Assembly: GCA_051294905.1 (NCBI GenBank)
Contig: CM119372.1
Location: 12,402,001-12,466,000, forward strand
Reading direction: 5' to 3'
Length of the DNA stretch: 64,000 nt
Source of the DNA: Botryllus schlosseri
Lineage: Eukaryota
Shown: piece by piece, positions 27,001 through 48,441 of the stretch
How the letters are laid out: each line of letters starts with the position of its first letter
Numbering within the stretch: the stretch's first letter is position 1
Translations under genes and position numbers: made by a program
Notes under the pieces: model-generated
Database searches by the model: none
The model's input: only the letters and a program-made list of their open reading frames with translations
Told to the model about the DNA's origin: nothing

Positions 27001-30000
27001 CTTAGTAAGGACGTGCACTTTCTACCCAAGAATGTAGGAAAGCATCTCTCGTTGTACTACAAAATATTCTAATTATTTCTACCATAATACATATTGTAAC
27101 CACTGGTATTCTTCATAGGGCCAGATTTCGTTAAAATATTGTTTTTTTTTCATGTAAAAACATGCCTGTTTCTAAGCCAAAAACGTTTTTTCAGGCCAAA
27201 TTACTTCGTTAGGACAGTCAGTTCAAACCAGAAATGAAGATAAGTGGTGCAATTTTAACATTATGTGGGAAAACACCTAATTTGCATACGTTAGGTCAAA
27301 ACTCAGTTTTTTTAGGTCAAAAAAAGTCAAAATTTTGATTTTTTAGGTCAAAATTTTCTTTTTTTTAGGTAAAAAAAAAAACTGCCCTAGTTATGACGTA
27401 ATATATAACCCACCTACGTATCCATTTGTTTTTGCAAAGTGCCTCGAGTCGTCTCAACACAGCTTTATTCAGACAATCCTTTGATTGTAGCGCCAACGTG
27501 GAAAGATCTATCGAGCCAAACCCCGACTGTGCGCAAACCGAGTTATGTTCCCAAGAAAACGTTTCCAAACATAAACAACGGAGTCGGGTCGTTCCAAAAG
27601 TTTCGAATATTGGACGGCAAAGCGGAAACGGCGCCAAAGAATCTCTCTCATGCTCCCATTCAGTGTGCTACTTCAAACGGTATACACCTCCCGCCCGTGG
27701 TGGGATTTCATTATTTTGTCACTGTGAAAGTCTTTTTTTTCTGCCGGTTCTGTCACAGCAAATGATTAATACATTAACCAGTAATCAGAGGTGGTCAAAG
27801 TATTCGAGTTTGGCACTCAAGCGTACTTAGAAGTAATGTCGGCAATCTCTAATCAAGCAGAGAAGTACAAGTAACAATTTCATGTCAGCATGTCCAAACT
27901 ACTTCATTTGGAAGTAGATAATGAAGGTTGAAAGAGCACTCAAATAAGTAGTTTCAAAAAGTAGATTGAGTGGTCAAGGTCATACACTTTAGCTGTCAAT
28001 TGGAAGTGGCTACTTCTGAAATAGGGGACAAAGGTCAAAGTAGTCATCGTTGGTACTCAAGTAGAACCTAGAACTAGTAGTAGCGATTTCCAAGTAAAAA
28101 TTATAAGTGTTCTAGGCATAATTTTGCCATAAACTGTCAAGTAAAAGTAAAATGAGTCTGAAAAATTAACCAACTGAGGTTGCTAGCAAGTAGGCAAACC
28201 TGCTTTACTTATCACGTATCACAGGGGGGTGGCCACATTCGAATGACGAACTATTGCGTGGGCCACTAGCCGCGCCAGGCGCGAAATTTTCTCGAAGTTT
28301 ATAGGTCAATAATATTGTCACTTGACTACATTGCGGGCCTGCTGTATATAGCTTGGCTCAGTTTGCAAGGACTGGACTATTCGTCGCCTGGACAATAGAC
28401 ACATCGATATCGAAAGCTTCGACCAACATGCGTCAATCATTTTGTGCCTAGGTTTCATAGTCGACGGTCTTTCTGCGAGCGCAAAAGCAAGGTCGCATAT
28501 GTAGAACGACACTTTGTCTCGTAATCGCGAATATAGTTTGACTCAATCTGATACATTTGGCGTTCTTTCATTTTCACAAAGGGGTAACAATATTAAAAGG
28601 AAGAAATCGAGTGATAACATGTTTCGCGAAGCGTGTAAAAATTTTTCATCGTGATAAATCGATCGCAAATTATTTTGCTTTATTGTAGTGTACGAAGATC
28701 TACCAAAATGTGACTGGCTCATGGATCTGCCAATGCGTCGGAACTGATATTTTAGTCATCACATCTCAAGTGTTGCGGCCAGACTAATCAAGTTTTTGGT
28801 TGGCCTTGCGAGTTCACAATCTGTGCAATACATTTTTGATAGTATTACTAATTTCGGAAATTACCTCGCGGGCCACTCAAAACCTTCTCGCGGGCCACGG
28901 GTTGGCAGGCCCTGACGTATCACCTCTGCCAGTAATATGACCGGTTAGCTGATGGCATAGAGATCATGTGCGAAGGTTCTATAGAACCGACGGCCTTTTG
29001 CATACCATTGTGTTATTGTATGTTTTAACAGTACCATTGTATTTAAGGTGCTCACGAGAAACCGAGAAATGCAGCGTTGAAGGCGGTGTTAACGTCGAGG
29101 GCGATGTCTACGTCCAACATGACTTTGGCTAGAATAATGCCACTGCCCGCAACTAAGAACGGGTTTGTGCCGATACAGCATCACAGTGCAAGTTCAACGC
29201 CCGGGGCCACTGTCAAACCGTTATCTAGCGTTTCGAGTGGGCTATCCTTCAAGTCTAATGGAGCGTTTACCCCGTTGTCGAGTGCAAGTGTTGCAGATGG
29301 TGCAGGGAAAATGTGCGGTGTCCGCACGGAATTTGGGGCGCTCGAGAGTAAGGTGAGGTAGCGATATTTCCATTTGCAGCGTTGGCCTTTCTTTTCAATT
29401 AGAACAGATAATTAGGGCTGCAGAGTCGAAGTAATTGCGTAACATGCCTTGGAGTCGGAGTTGGGGTAAAACACATACCGGCTCCTTTAAAATTTAACAA
29501 ATGTTCTCAAATTTTACTTAAATGTCTACCGGTCCAGTTACGAAGTGTTAAATGTATGATTTTTTGAGTAGATTTACTGGAATGTCAAGAGTCGGAGTTC
29601 TGTGGACAAAATATTAAGAGTTTGAGCTGGAGACAATTGAAAATCTCTGGAGTTGGGATTTGTGCAAATGCGACTACTCAAAATGTTCACAAGTTTTACT
29701 GGAAAGTGCCGTTGCAGTTTTTCATGTAGGCGGGTCTTTGTAAACTTGATTTCTTTCTGCGTACACAATTTTGTCGTATTGCAAAAATAGGTCGATACAC
29801 TCTGTTGAAAAAATAACTAAAATAGTAATCAACGTTTCCGGAGTTGGGATTTGATATATTGTATATAAATTGAAGAGAACGATGGTGATTTATGCATTTT
29901 AGACAAAGGAAAAACTGGGATTTCTTCGCTGCATAGATTTAATCCCGAAGGAACAGGCCGAAAAGGTCAGAAGCCGCCGGTTTCGTAAACGCCGAGTCGT

Positions 30001-33000
30001 CGCCAATCCCGTGTACAGCGGCGGGATGTACGTCACAAATGAGATTGAACCAAAGCGGCAATGCCCTGACCTACTGGCCAGCGCGTCAGAGACCATCACC
30101 GCCCCGGATGTAATCGTCAAAAGACCCCGGGGTCAGTAAATTCCTCTTGCCTAGTGTTGATCAGCAAAATCATATGGGGTGCATTGATTTTCACAGGGCG
30201 ACCGCGAGGCTCTAAAAATTCCAACGCGATGGCTTTGAAGCTGCAGTCTTCGTCGAGAGCAAATCGTACTACCAGTCCTGCTAGTCAGACCAGCGTTCAG
30301 TATGTGCGGCAGTTGAAAACTATTCTGGATAATGTGTCGGCGGGCAAGCCGACAAGCTCGAGGCTCAAGACTGAACCGTGAGTACAATCGGAATTCGTTG
30401 AAATACATGCGAAATGCGTTATTGTGTTCGTGTTGCAGTTTGGATCCGAATCAAGCCGCTAAAGATCTTTTCAGGGCATCGCGATCCCAGTATCATTCGG
30501 GCAAGATGAAAGGCGGACACGCAGCCTCCGACAGATCTGAATCGCCAGGGGTATGGTTCTCGTTTATGTTGTGTAACAGGGGTGTGAGGTGTGTGGACCG
30601 CAGAGAAAAAATGTGCGGTTCGCAATAAAGTGCTTGATTTTGAATGGCGTGCGACTGTGCGGTCCGTGAAATACCTAATTAGATTTGGTCCTGTTCGTTT
30701 GCGCTAAGCTCAAGTTGGCCAATAGAAATTATACAATTACTTAAGTCAGTTGCACATTAAATTTTTGACTAACTTTATTACATGACCTGAGTTTTTTTTC
30801 TGTTCTGCTTGTCAGATAGGTTGTACAGATGTAAACTAGGGCTGTTCAAAAATAACTCTTTTTCCCGGATTCCAGCCATTCACTGATTAAATTGTCAGGT
30901 TACCCGAAAAAACGCTGCACACCAAATTTGGTTCAATTCTAACCGGTATAATACTCCACAGATCCAATTAAAAATTTTAATTTATTAAGGGAAATTAAAA
31001 AAAAAGACGATGGAAAACAAATTTGACTCAATTCCGACCAGTAGAAGCAGGGTTATGTGAGTTTTTCGATGAAAATCCACGGATTATCCTTGATCGGTGG
31101 ATAATCCGAGAATTATCAACGAAAAACTCGCATAACTTTGCTTCTACTGGTCGGAATCGAGTCAAATTTGTTCTGCATCGTCTTTGAAGACAGCTCAACA
31201 ATTTCATGGGATTATTGGAAAAATTTGAAATTTTTAATTTACCCTAATAAATGGAAATTTTAATTGGATCTGCGGAGTCTTATACTTGTTAGAATCGAAC
31301 CAAATTTGGTGTGCAGCGTTTTTCAGGGTAACCTGACAATTTAATAAGTGAATTGGCTGGAATCCGGGGAAAAAAGTTATTTTTGAACAGCCCTGATGCA
31401 CACCCCTGGTGACTACAACTAGTAATATTTGATAGTAAAAGAGTATAAAATTTCTTTTCATTGAAAAAATGAGGCAATTTTCCTACAGCTATTCATGATT
31501 GTTATGCGTGATTAAATCTAGAATTTTAACGATATTAAGTCTCGCCGCCAACGTTTCCACTTCGTTATGAGACTACAATTCACATTACGACCACTGGAAA
31601 GCCTGTGTAGTCCGCGTTGTTCGCATCTGTTCTTCCTATGAATGGTTATGCAACCCTGTGGCATAGGATCACTTCTAAAAATCGGCCATCTCTGCAGAGC
31701 GACGAACACGAGGACCAGTGCGCGATCTGCGGTAAGACTGGCGAGGTGCTGATGTGTGATACCTGCTCGCGTGTCTATCATCTGTCTTGCGCTACGCCCC
31801 CACTGTCGGCCGTGCCGCGGGGGATGTGGGTTTGCTCCGTGTGCAAGGAAGAGGTGAGGGGTTTTGAGATTCGTTTGTTGTAACGTAGAAGAACCAGAAC
31901 GGACGATCTCAAATAGCCAGCGTCACTCTCTCTCCGAAAGCTTTTTTAGTTAATTTATTTTTTTGTTGTTGATCGTAAAGCAATGCTGCTGCGTCTTTGT
32001 AGCAATTCTGGCCCGCCCGCTATCTTAGCGTTCTCAACTGACGGCTGCTACAGTTCCCAATCATGAGAAAATTACTCTGTAAAATACAGGGATGGTCGAC
32101 AACAAGGTACTTTTATACTTTTTCAGATTATTGCACTACTAGAATAGTTATGATTTTAGTCTGCTTCCACTGCTACAGTCTCAAGTTTTTCAGGCAACTG
32201 AGGTCTGGAATACTTCCTTTTTTCTTTGAAGTTGCTGTATCTGCTTGTAATTTAGTAGAGATATCTACTTGAGTACCAACGACGACTACTTTAACAAACT
32301 CTGGTGGTAAAATGTGGGTTGGTGTGATATCAACACAAATCTGCAATTGTCTTGCCGCGATTTAATTTCGATTTAATTGACCTTTTCATTTGGTACCAGT
32401 TCAAGGAAAGTAGATCGAAAACAGAATGGCCGGGGATCGTAGGCGCGGTGCATTCGTTCATGGAATTCAACGAGAAGAGAGACCGGGAGATGGTGGCCTG
32501 CCGGAAAAAAATGACCGAGACGAAAAGAGTCGTCTCTTCGCAGCAAGTGCAAATGAAAGCCCTGACTGCGGTGGTCACGGTGAGTGATTCGAACTTTGTT
32601 ATGAGTTCATACTATGGAGTGCCCTATTTGTGAGTAACACTGCCATCAAGCGTATTGATCGATTAGGGATGTTTTCCCACATCCTGTTTGTATGAGAAAT
32701 GAGAGATTAAAAAATCATCTGGAGATCACAAACTCGTTGAGTCGCCAATCGGAAAAATTCGCACTCCATCTGTGATTGCTCATGATCTTATTCAATTGCT
32801 ATTTTATTGGGATTATGATTGTGATAAATATGAAGTATTTGTGTACAGTTATATAATTGAATAGCTGTTTGGTGGTACAAAATCTGAATACTGCTTTCAA
32901 AATTACGTTCACGATAAACGTTTATTGAAACTCTAAGGACTTTTCGCGTATATACATACAATTACGATGATGCAGCGATCATAGTGAAGATGAAATGAGA

Positions 33001-33559
33001 TGAACAGATAGACTATTCTGAAATCCAAATCTTGCTTTGAATGAAATCCAAAATAACATTTTAACCGAGACAAAGTCCCAATTCCGGTAATGGGTGATAT
33101 CAAAAGTCGCATGAAAATTGGAAATAGGAGGAACTCTATGTCCAAGACCAAGTACAAATACAATGCCAGAATCTAGTAGTTTGTAAATCTTTGTCCGATC
33201 CAGATGTAGCTAAAATCAAAATCTTGGAATCCGTTTTTTTTTGTCAATCCAACTGCAAATTTATCTCTGTTAGACACCATAAATGAAAAGATTTTGGTAT
33301 TATAATGGGGAAAGGCGTTGGTTATGTGCTAAAATACATTAGTTGAATAGTGGTTGTCTTCTACTCCGAAATTGAATTTGCCATCGCTATGTTTCGATTA
33401 TATTATACGATTTGTGAACTATAGGCGAAAGTGAACAACCGGGTGAATGCAACGAAAGAAGAACAGACGACGCGACATACCGTCGACGGCTTGACTTCCA
33501 TCACGAAAAAGATATGGAACTTGGCCTCGCTCGCGATTGAAGCTCCTTCCACTGCCTGA
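21001..33559 (+). CDS. PHF21A: PHD finger protein 21A/B (BHC80)-like, ~859 aa, 16 coding exons
   Basis: Phase-consistent GT-AG exon chain: 21001-21054, 22060-22092, 24035-24137, 24200-24310, 24368-24547, 24614-24867, 24924-25009, 25620-25840, 27440-27679, 29048-29352, 29903-30131, 30197-30377, 30439-30550, 31698-31853, 32400-32579, 33425-33559. N-terminal coiled coil MDLKRVQEEL...HQ, RKRRVVANPVYSG, AT-hook KRPRGRPRGSKN, PHD finger HEDQCAICGKTGEVLMCDTCSRVYHLSC...WVCSVC, then WPGIVGAVHSF and a coiled coil. The low-complexity middle exons are less certain. Confidence 0.9.
23461..23939. mobile_element. hAT-like MITE rich in GAGTC/GACTC motifs (PHF21A intron 2)
   Basis: TIR CAGGGTTGTAA / TTGCAACCCTG, TSD GTTTGTAA / GTGTGTAA. 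Same family as 52140-53600. Confidence 0.85.
26149..26465. mobile_element. hAT MITE
   Basis: CAGTGGTT...AACCACTG termini, TSD GAATAGAG / GAATACAG. Confidence 0.75.
26518..27389 (+). mobile_element. Non-autonomous hAT-like element (TAGGGC termini), uninterrupted copy
   Basis: TAGGGCGGTTTT / AAAACTGCCCTA termini, perfect TSD GTTATGAC (26510-26517, 27390-27397), subterminal GTCAAAA repeats. Confidence 0.9.
27786..28928. mobile_element. CAGAGGTG-family hAT-like element with nested MITE
   Basis: TIR CAGAGGTG / CACCTCTG, TSD CCAGTAAT (27778-27785, 28929-28936). Confidence 0.85.
28222..28914 (+). mobile_element. hAT MITE, same family as 12246-12962
   Basis: TSD ACGTATCA (28214-28221, 28915-28922). 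Internal sequence is closely similar to 12246-12962. Confidence 0.9.
30837..31395. mobile_element. Foldback-type MITE (almost fully palindromic)
   Basis: ~150-bp terminal inverted arms (TAGGGCTGTTCAAAAATAAC... / ...GTTATTTTTGAACAGCCCTG) plus an inner inverted pair centred near 31095. Degenerate 8-bp TSD ATGTAAAC / ATGCACAC. Confidence 0.88.
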
Positions 33560-34399
33560 ACCTTGAGGACACTCGATTTCGATCACAATCTGATGGCCTA
33601 CAAACCCAGTCTCTGGAATTGGGAAAATAGCATGTGACACATTCGTTCTACATGCTCTGCATGTTGCCCTACACGAGATTCATGTTCATTTCAGTTCTTC
33701 AATTTCTTTGGTCTCTCAGAACTGAAATATCCACGCCCACTACCCCACTGGTGCTTGCTTTCTGCCCGTCCCCCCGACCGCCTGCATGACAGAGGGTATC
33801 GCACCGCTCTGCTCTTCAGGATGCCAAAGTGCGTAAATTGTCATTACCATGCAATTATGCGGCTGAACTGTCATTTGTGACGCGTTATTGGTGTTTATTG
33901 GACGGTTGCTTAGCTACGAAATATTTATGAGGGACATTTTCTGCTGATTATTGCAAAACTATCTTGATATATCGCGACTTTTCATCCTGGTTGTTATGTT
34001 TGGTGATATAAGGTGTTGGGCAGTTGTGTGAATATCGTGCTTGTCGAGATGGGTATAATAGCGTAATTCTAGTCGTGTTGGAATATTCGAGAGCAGTTTT
34101 CACGTCGATGCATATCCCAGAATCCTGTTAGATGTCGAAGGAGGGCTTGTAGAGGTCTATACACTAATATGTTGTTATAGCCGTGATGGGCGGATATTTC
34201 CAACAGTGATATGACGCCAGTATTAGCCTGGTCCTTGGATTACAAATTGATGAAGTTGAATTGAAAATGTCATATCGTTCAAGGCGCACAACCTCTACAT
34301 TTCATTGCTTCGTGAGCCCGCGACAGTTTTAATTATGACGTCACAGGTCGATCCACAAAATTAATCCGCGAAGTCATCGATTTCATCAATTATATAAAG

Positions 34400-35661
34400 C
34401 AGAAGTCTCAAACTCAAATGTGCTCGCGGGCCAATTTCCTACTTTTTGATGGCGCCGCGGGCCGCAGCACCAATAATAGGGGAATTCAATGTATTTCTAA
34501 GTAGGCCTTATTTGACGGGACCTTGCAGACTGACATTCCACACGCATCGTAAAAATGTGATTTACTATTGTGAATTCACGCCTGGCACGAAAAAATAAGA
34601 TTTTTAGATATCTGAATAAAATTGTTGCTGCACTTGGCAGAGTTTGTCAACAATAATTAATTGTAGACACCATACGAGAGTACAAATGCATCAGGACATC
34701 GTAAAAGTTGTTGGCTTATAATTTCACAGCTAGCGGACATTTGACGTGACGCAATTATAGGGAGAATTTTGAAATTTTACAAAGATTGATCTGATATCAG
34801 AGCATTGGAGAAGTACAGCCTATTCCGGATCTCAGGTATACTCCAAATAACTAGGTCATTGATCATGTCATTACCAAGTCAAATTTAATCAGCGTTAGAT
34901 TTAGCTTCGACTATTTGAACAGATCAATACCAACTTGAATATAATGATTACTGTGCCATAGCAATAGAAATTTCCAATCGCCCGAGAATCCATTTGTGTT
35001 ACAGCTGTGAAGCGTAGGCTACGACTACTTTATACTCGCAACATTTAATTTGCGATGGATAAAGATACCGAAGATGACGCAGGGTGTAACCAACTATACG
35101 TCAAGCGGGCAACATAATGCCAATGGTTGCCATACCGACCTGCCTAGATATCTAAATAAGCTACGAAACGCAAGCTACGGCCTTTTGATATTTTACCATT
35201 TTCTATACCAGTTTGATAGTTTGTTGCGTCCGTGATTGTACCAAGTCACAGCGTTCCGTGACACAAAAGTCCTTCCTGATTGTACCTTTTGATGCGACTC
35301 AACTCGAGTCATTTTTTATTTTATCACCCATTGAGTCGGAGTTCGAGTAATTCTACAAAAGGTCGCGCCCAAGTCCAAATCACAATTTTCAGTACGAATC
35401 ATCAACGGGTCCTGTTTAACCATCATAAACAATAAGTAATGTCACGTAATAGGTAATCTTCCACTGAGTCGTAACTTTTGAAAGTGATGTAATAGTGAGG
35501 TTTGATGAGTAGTTTCTGGCTTCTGGAGTAGCTTTAGAGCGAATTTTAAGTTCTTAAATTGAAAAAAAATTGTAGTTAAATATTGTCGAATACTTCGAAA
35601 TCCAAAATGCCGTCGCGGGCCGCACAAAATGGTCTCGCGAGCCGCGTGTTTGAGACCTCTG
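34400..35661. mobile_element. hAT (Charlie/Buster-type) non-autonomous element
   Basis: TIR CAGAAGTCTCAAAC / GTTTGAGACCTCTG, perfect TSD ATATAAAG (34392-34399, 35662-35669), subterminal CGCGGGCC motifs. Confidence 0.9.
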
Positions 35662-35890
35662 ATATAAAGCAATATGCCCGTAGCCAGCAACTTGAGTGTA
35701 CGCACATGAATAAGCTGTTTTTGCATGTCATCAGTACATATCTGGTGTATGAATGATCTTACAGATATGGGTACGTAGTCGTAGGGTATACGGCATAACC
35801 GTTTCAGATAAATTTACGGAACAATGAGGCGGTCAAACGCATGAACTGCAGGCATAGTGAGGGTCTTTCATATCTATCATTTTCCTATTA

Positions 35891-35898
35891 TGACGTCA
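35891..35898. promoter_or_regulatory. CRE palindrome TGACGTCA upstream of the TSSK gene
   Basis: Exact TGACGTCA ~165 bp before the TSSK ATG. The octamer also occurs several times elsewhere in the window, so function is uncertain. Confidence 0.3.
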
Positions 35899-36062
35899 CA
35901 GAACGAATGAAATTATTCTCACTTGCATATTTGAAATTCTCAGGTTTCTGGTTTTCTAAATCACTGTTAGTTTAGCGTCGCATGTAATGTCGCCGGTGGG
36001 TGCTGTCCAATAACTTATTCTTAATCGCAACTATTAATCGTCCGTTAACCAATGACGGCCAT

Positions 36063-45301
<9,239 letters not shown>

Positions 45302-46316
45302 TTATAGAGAATAACACTGTTAAATGCGTGTTAATATATATAGCATATGGCCAGATGGGCTTTCTTCATTCACCTATTGCAAGACTGATTCCTGTGAGCC
45401 GGGCGCACATGCACACCGCAGGCTTGGACATAGCGCCGGTATGAAAATTGGGGAGGAATTTTCTGTATCCACCACGTTAAGTCACATATCCATTTTGTCA
45501 TGCGAACGCTGATAGTGTCGCAATGCAGAGTCGAAATTCTGAAAGCTTAGGCCTTAGATGTCCTCAACATTCCATACTATAGGTAAGGAGAAGGCTATCC
45601 TACAATTTCCTAATAGCTCGTCCCATAACACAACATATTCGCGGTTTCAACAAGGCGCACCGGTATACTATAATCCACTGACACCTATTTGCGGCATGTT
45701 TCATATTACCAAGTGAAAATTTAGTAGCAAGGATACGAAGTGCGCAGTCCTTACCTGCACTAAATGAAATAAACGCAATTAGGTTGAAGACGTGTTACAT
45801 TTCATTATAAATACATTACATACCCAAACCACAGGAATAGCAGCTACAGGATTATGCGAACAAATTTGAATACTGATAACTAGTTTACTAAAACGAAATG
45901 TGGTAAAAATTTAAAATAATAATACAAATCAAGGAACATAAGATGCTTTTGCAATAATATTCAGAGAAAAGATTTACTGCATTGTGTAGTGCTGACAATG
46001 AGCCTTGGATCTGCGTGCGTGCCCAATTGGTTCAATCTGCATTTTACTTCGCGTGTTTCGGTGTTCAACTGTTAGCACAAATTTTGAACAAAATTTATAA
46101 AACAGATACGCAGTTCGCAAAGCGACTCATATTCTCATCAGTGGTGATGATAAAAATCATACGACGCGATTCGTTGCGTCGCGACAGTAGAAGGCTATGC
46201 TTCCACGATACGCGAGTCATTATGATGAGAGCTCCCACGATTACAAATACCTCCAGTTCGCAACTACCCAGCACCGTTTCCGTGAATAAAATCAAGAGCG
46301 GCATTCGCACACATCA

Positions 46317-46886
46317 TTACATCCTGCTAATAGCTTCCAGGATCGGGTTCTGCTCACCGTTAAGATCGCAAATACTGTTGAATGTCCGGGGAGCGTCTGT
46401 GTGTTCCCTCTTGGATTCCGCGGACGACATCTGGGATTGCTCGTTTGCTAATGCTTCCAACTCTTTCGAGACGTATCCGTCCGAGAAGTCAGTAGCGTCG
46501 CTTTCAGTTACGCTGATGCTGATGCTCTCCCTCGCGTCATCAGGCTCGTCGGCGTTGCCAGTGAGTGATACCGCATCTGTTCTTTCGATTGCGTCGTCAA
46601 ACTCGCCTTGATCCCTATATGAGAATTTGGCCCGACTATGTTCACTCGAGTCGTCACCATATTCGTGAATCTTGACTTCGTCAGTTAGCGGAGTGGAGGC
46701 TGGTACAGCAGGCGCTTTCTTTTTCTTTGAGCTTCTCTGCTTGATCTCGATGTCCCTCGTGATTTGATATTTTTCGGTTTCCGATATCGCCACGACACCT
46801 TCCTTCTTCTTTGCTTCCTTCCTGACTTTGCTTTTGCTCTTACTCCCACCGGAAAGGCTGTACTTTTTAGTTCTAAAAAAATTCAT
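46317..46886 (-). CDS. Hypothetical 189-aa protein, basic N-terminus and acidic Ser-rich core, no family recognised
   Basis: Longest non-transposon single ORF in the window. ATG in AAAATG context at 46886, Lys-rich clusters (KKKKAP) then an Asp/Glu/Ser-rich region, no repeat hallmarks. Further exons cannot be excluded. Confidence 0.55.
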   Translation of the reverse strand: MNFFRTKKYSLSGGSKSKSKVRKEAKKKEGVVAISETEKYQITRDIEIKQRSSKKKKAPAVPASTPLTDEVKIHEYGDDSSEHSRAKFSYRDQGEFDDAIERTDAVSLTGNADEPDDARESISISVTESDATDFSDGYVSKELEALANEQSQMSSAESKREHTDAPRTFNSICDLNGEQNPILEAISRM

Positions 46887-48239
46887 TTTTGCTGCAACTC
46901 TCCAAGTTCGATTCGATTGAGAAGCATACGACGCCAACGTAATTATGGACACTGGGATAGAGGGATAAGACTGGAGTTATAGATCATTTCTACAGAAAGT
47001 AGATACTTTGATCCACTATTGCGCAAGAGATAGGGAAGATATTTGCGCGCCATCATGCCTTGCATAATTTGTTGATAACCTGCGAACTATTATCTCAGGC
47101 ACAGGCTTTCAGAGTTTTCGAATTTCAAAATTCTGTTTAGGCCGCCAGTTAGCTTATCACCTCACGTCCCAATGAAACATTTCAAGCATAAGATAACGGC
47201 TGATATCAATGCAGGAGCATCGACATCAACTGAAAGTTGCTGACACAGATTTCAATGTTTTTTTATTACACCTGGGATCCTAATAGCATTCCATAGCCTA
47301 AACATAAGGCGACATGACGCACAAGACAACGTCTACTATTGTAGGCCACGCCCTTCGTAAGATATTTTTGTGGTAAAAAGGCTGCCGAACTTGCGATTTC
47401 TTGGAAATTTAATATTCTCTATTGATATTGAAACCACACAATCCTAGGATAATTAAAATGCTTTCTGCGCAGATGATGAAGCGCTCCGTTTCGAGTGCAC
47501 CGTAGTGTCACAATATAAATACGACAAGTCCGATGTTCGTACTTAAATCTGAGCCATTTAACACAAATATAAACTCCACTCATCATTAGGAATTCGCATG
47601 TTGTTTTTGACATCGTCTCGAAGGTAAATAACATGAGAGCAGAACTCAACTCAGCGTTCCCCTTACCTAGATTTCATTCAATGACGTGATCGACGCTTGT
47701 GATTTTTAACCACTGGCTGAGGCCTGACTTTGCGTGTCATTCTCCTTATATTACATCATCATACATTCATATATACTTGCTTTACGCTGCTTACAACTAC
47801 TCCTCAATTCGATTCCCGAGATAATCTTAAAATTTTACGAAACTTTTCACGTGCAGTACGCACATATTTACGCAGAACCGATCGCATTTGTTTTCTTCTT
47901 GCATAGTCGCCTTACGTTCTGCACGAACACTCGTACAGTTAATGGATCTGGTTAATGTCTAGCCTCCAGGCTACACTTCAAATAATCCTTGAAGGAACTC
48001 TGATGCGAGTGCTTGTACTGACTATGGTCTGCTGACAGGGTAATTATTATCAAAGCAGGCTTACATCATCGAGGGCTAATTTCGACGCTGATTATGCCGT
48101 CGCAAAGAAGGACACTGATTGCCAAAAGTCCACCAACGCGACGCGTATGTCTGCTATACAGCATCCAATGTTGAAGCTTCATAACGGCCAAGCGGTATCA
48201 GGTTTGCAATATTCTAACAAATTTCGACTGGAATGTTTC

Positions 48240-48441
48240 GTCCTCGTCGTCGAAGTATCATATGATCGACGCGAAAGATCATCGCTCTATCAAATATGCC
48301 AGACCTAATGTATGGAACAGTATCTCACCGCCTATCCGCCAGTCGTTGCGCAGGTCCACATTATTCAAGTCGAAACACGAAAAATTTATACTGAATGAAT
48401 AATCGTCAGCCCTCTACTTTATCGGACCAGGACCCGATATC
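48240..48441 (+). mobile_element. Older fragment of the same L2/Crack-like LINE
   Basis: Reads SSSKYHMIDAKDHRSIKYARPNVWNSISPPIRQS, matching the ORF at 9128-9592. Confidence 0.8.

Noticed and set aside
45982..46611. 209-aa plus-strand ORF
   Set aside because: Non-ATG start and largely the antisense shadow of the minus-strand ORF 46317-46886.
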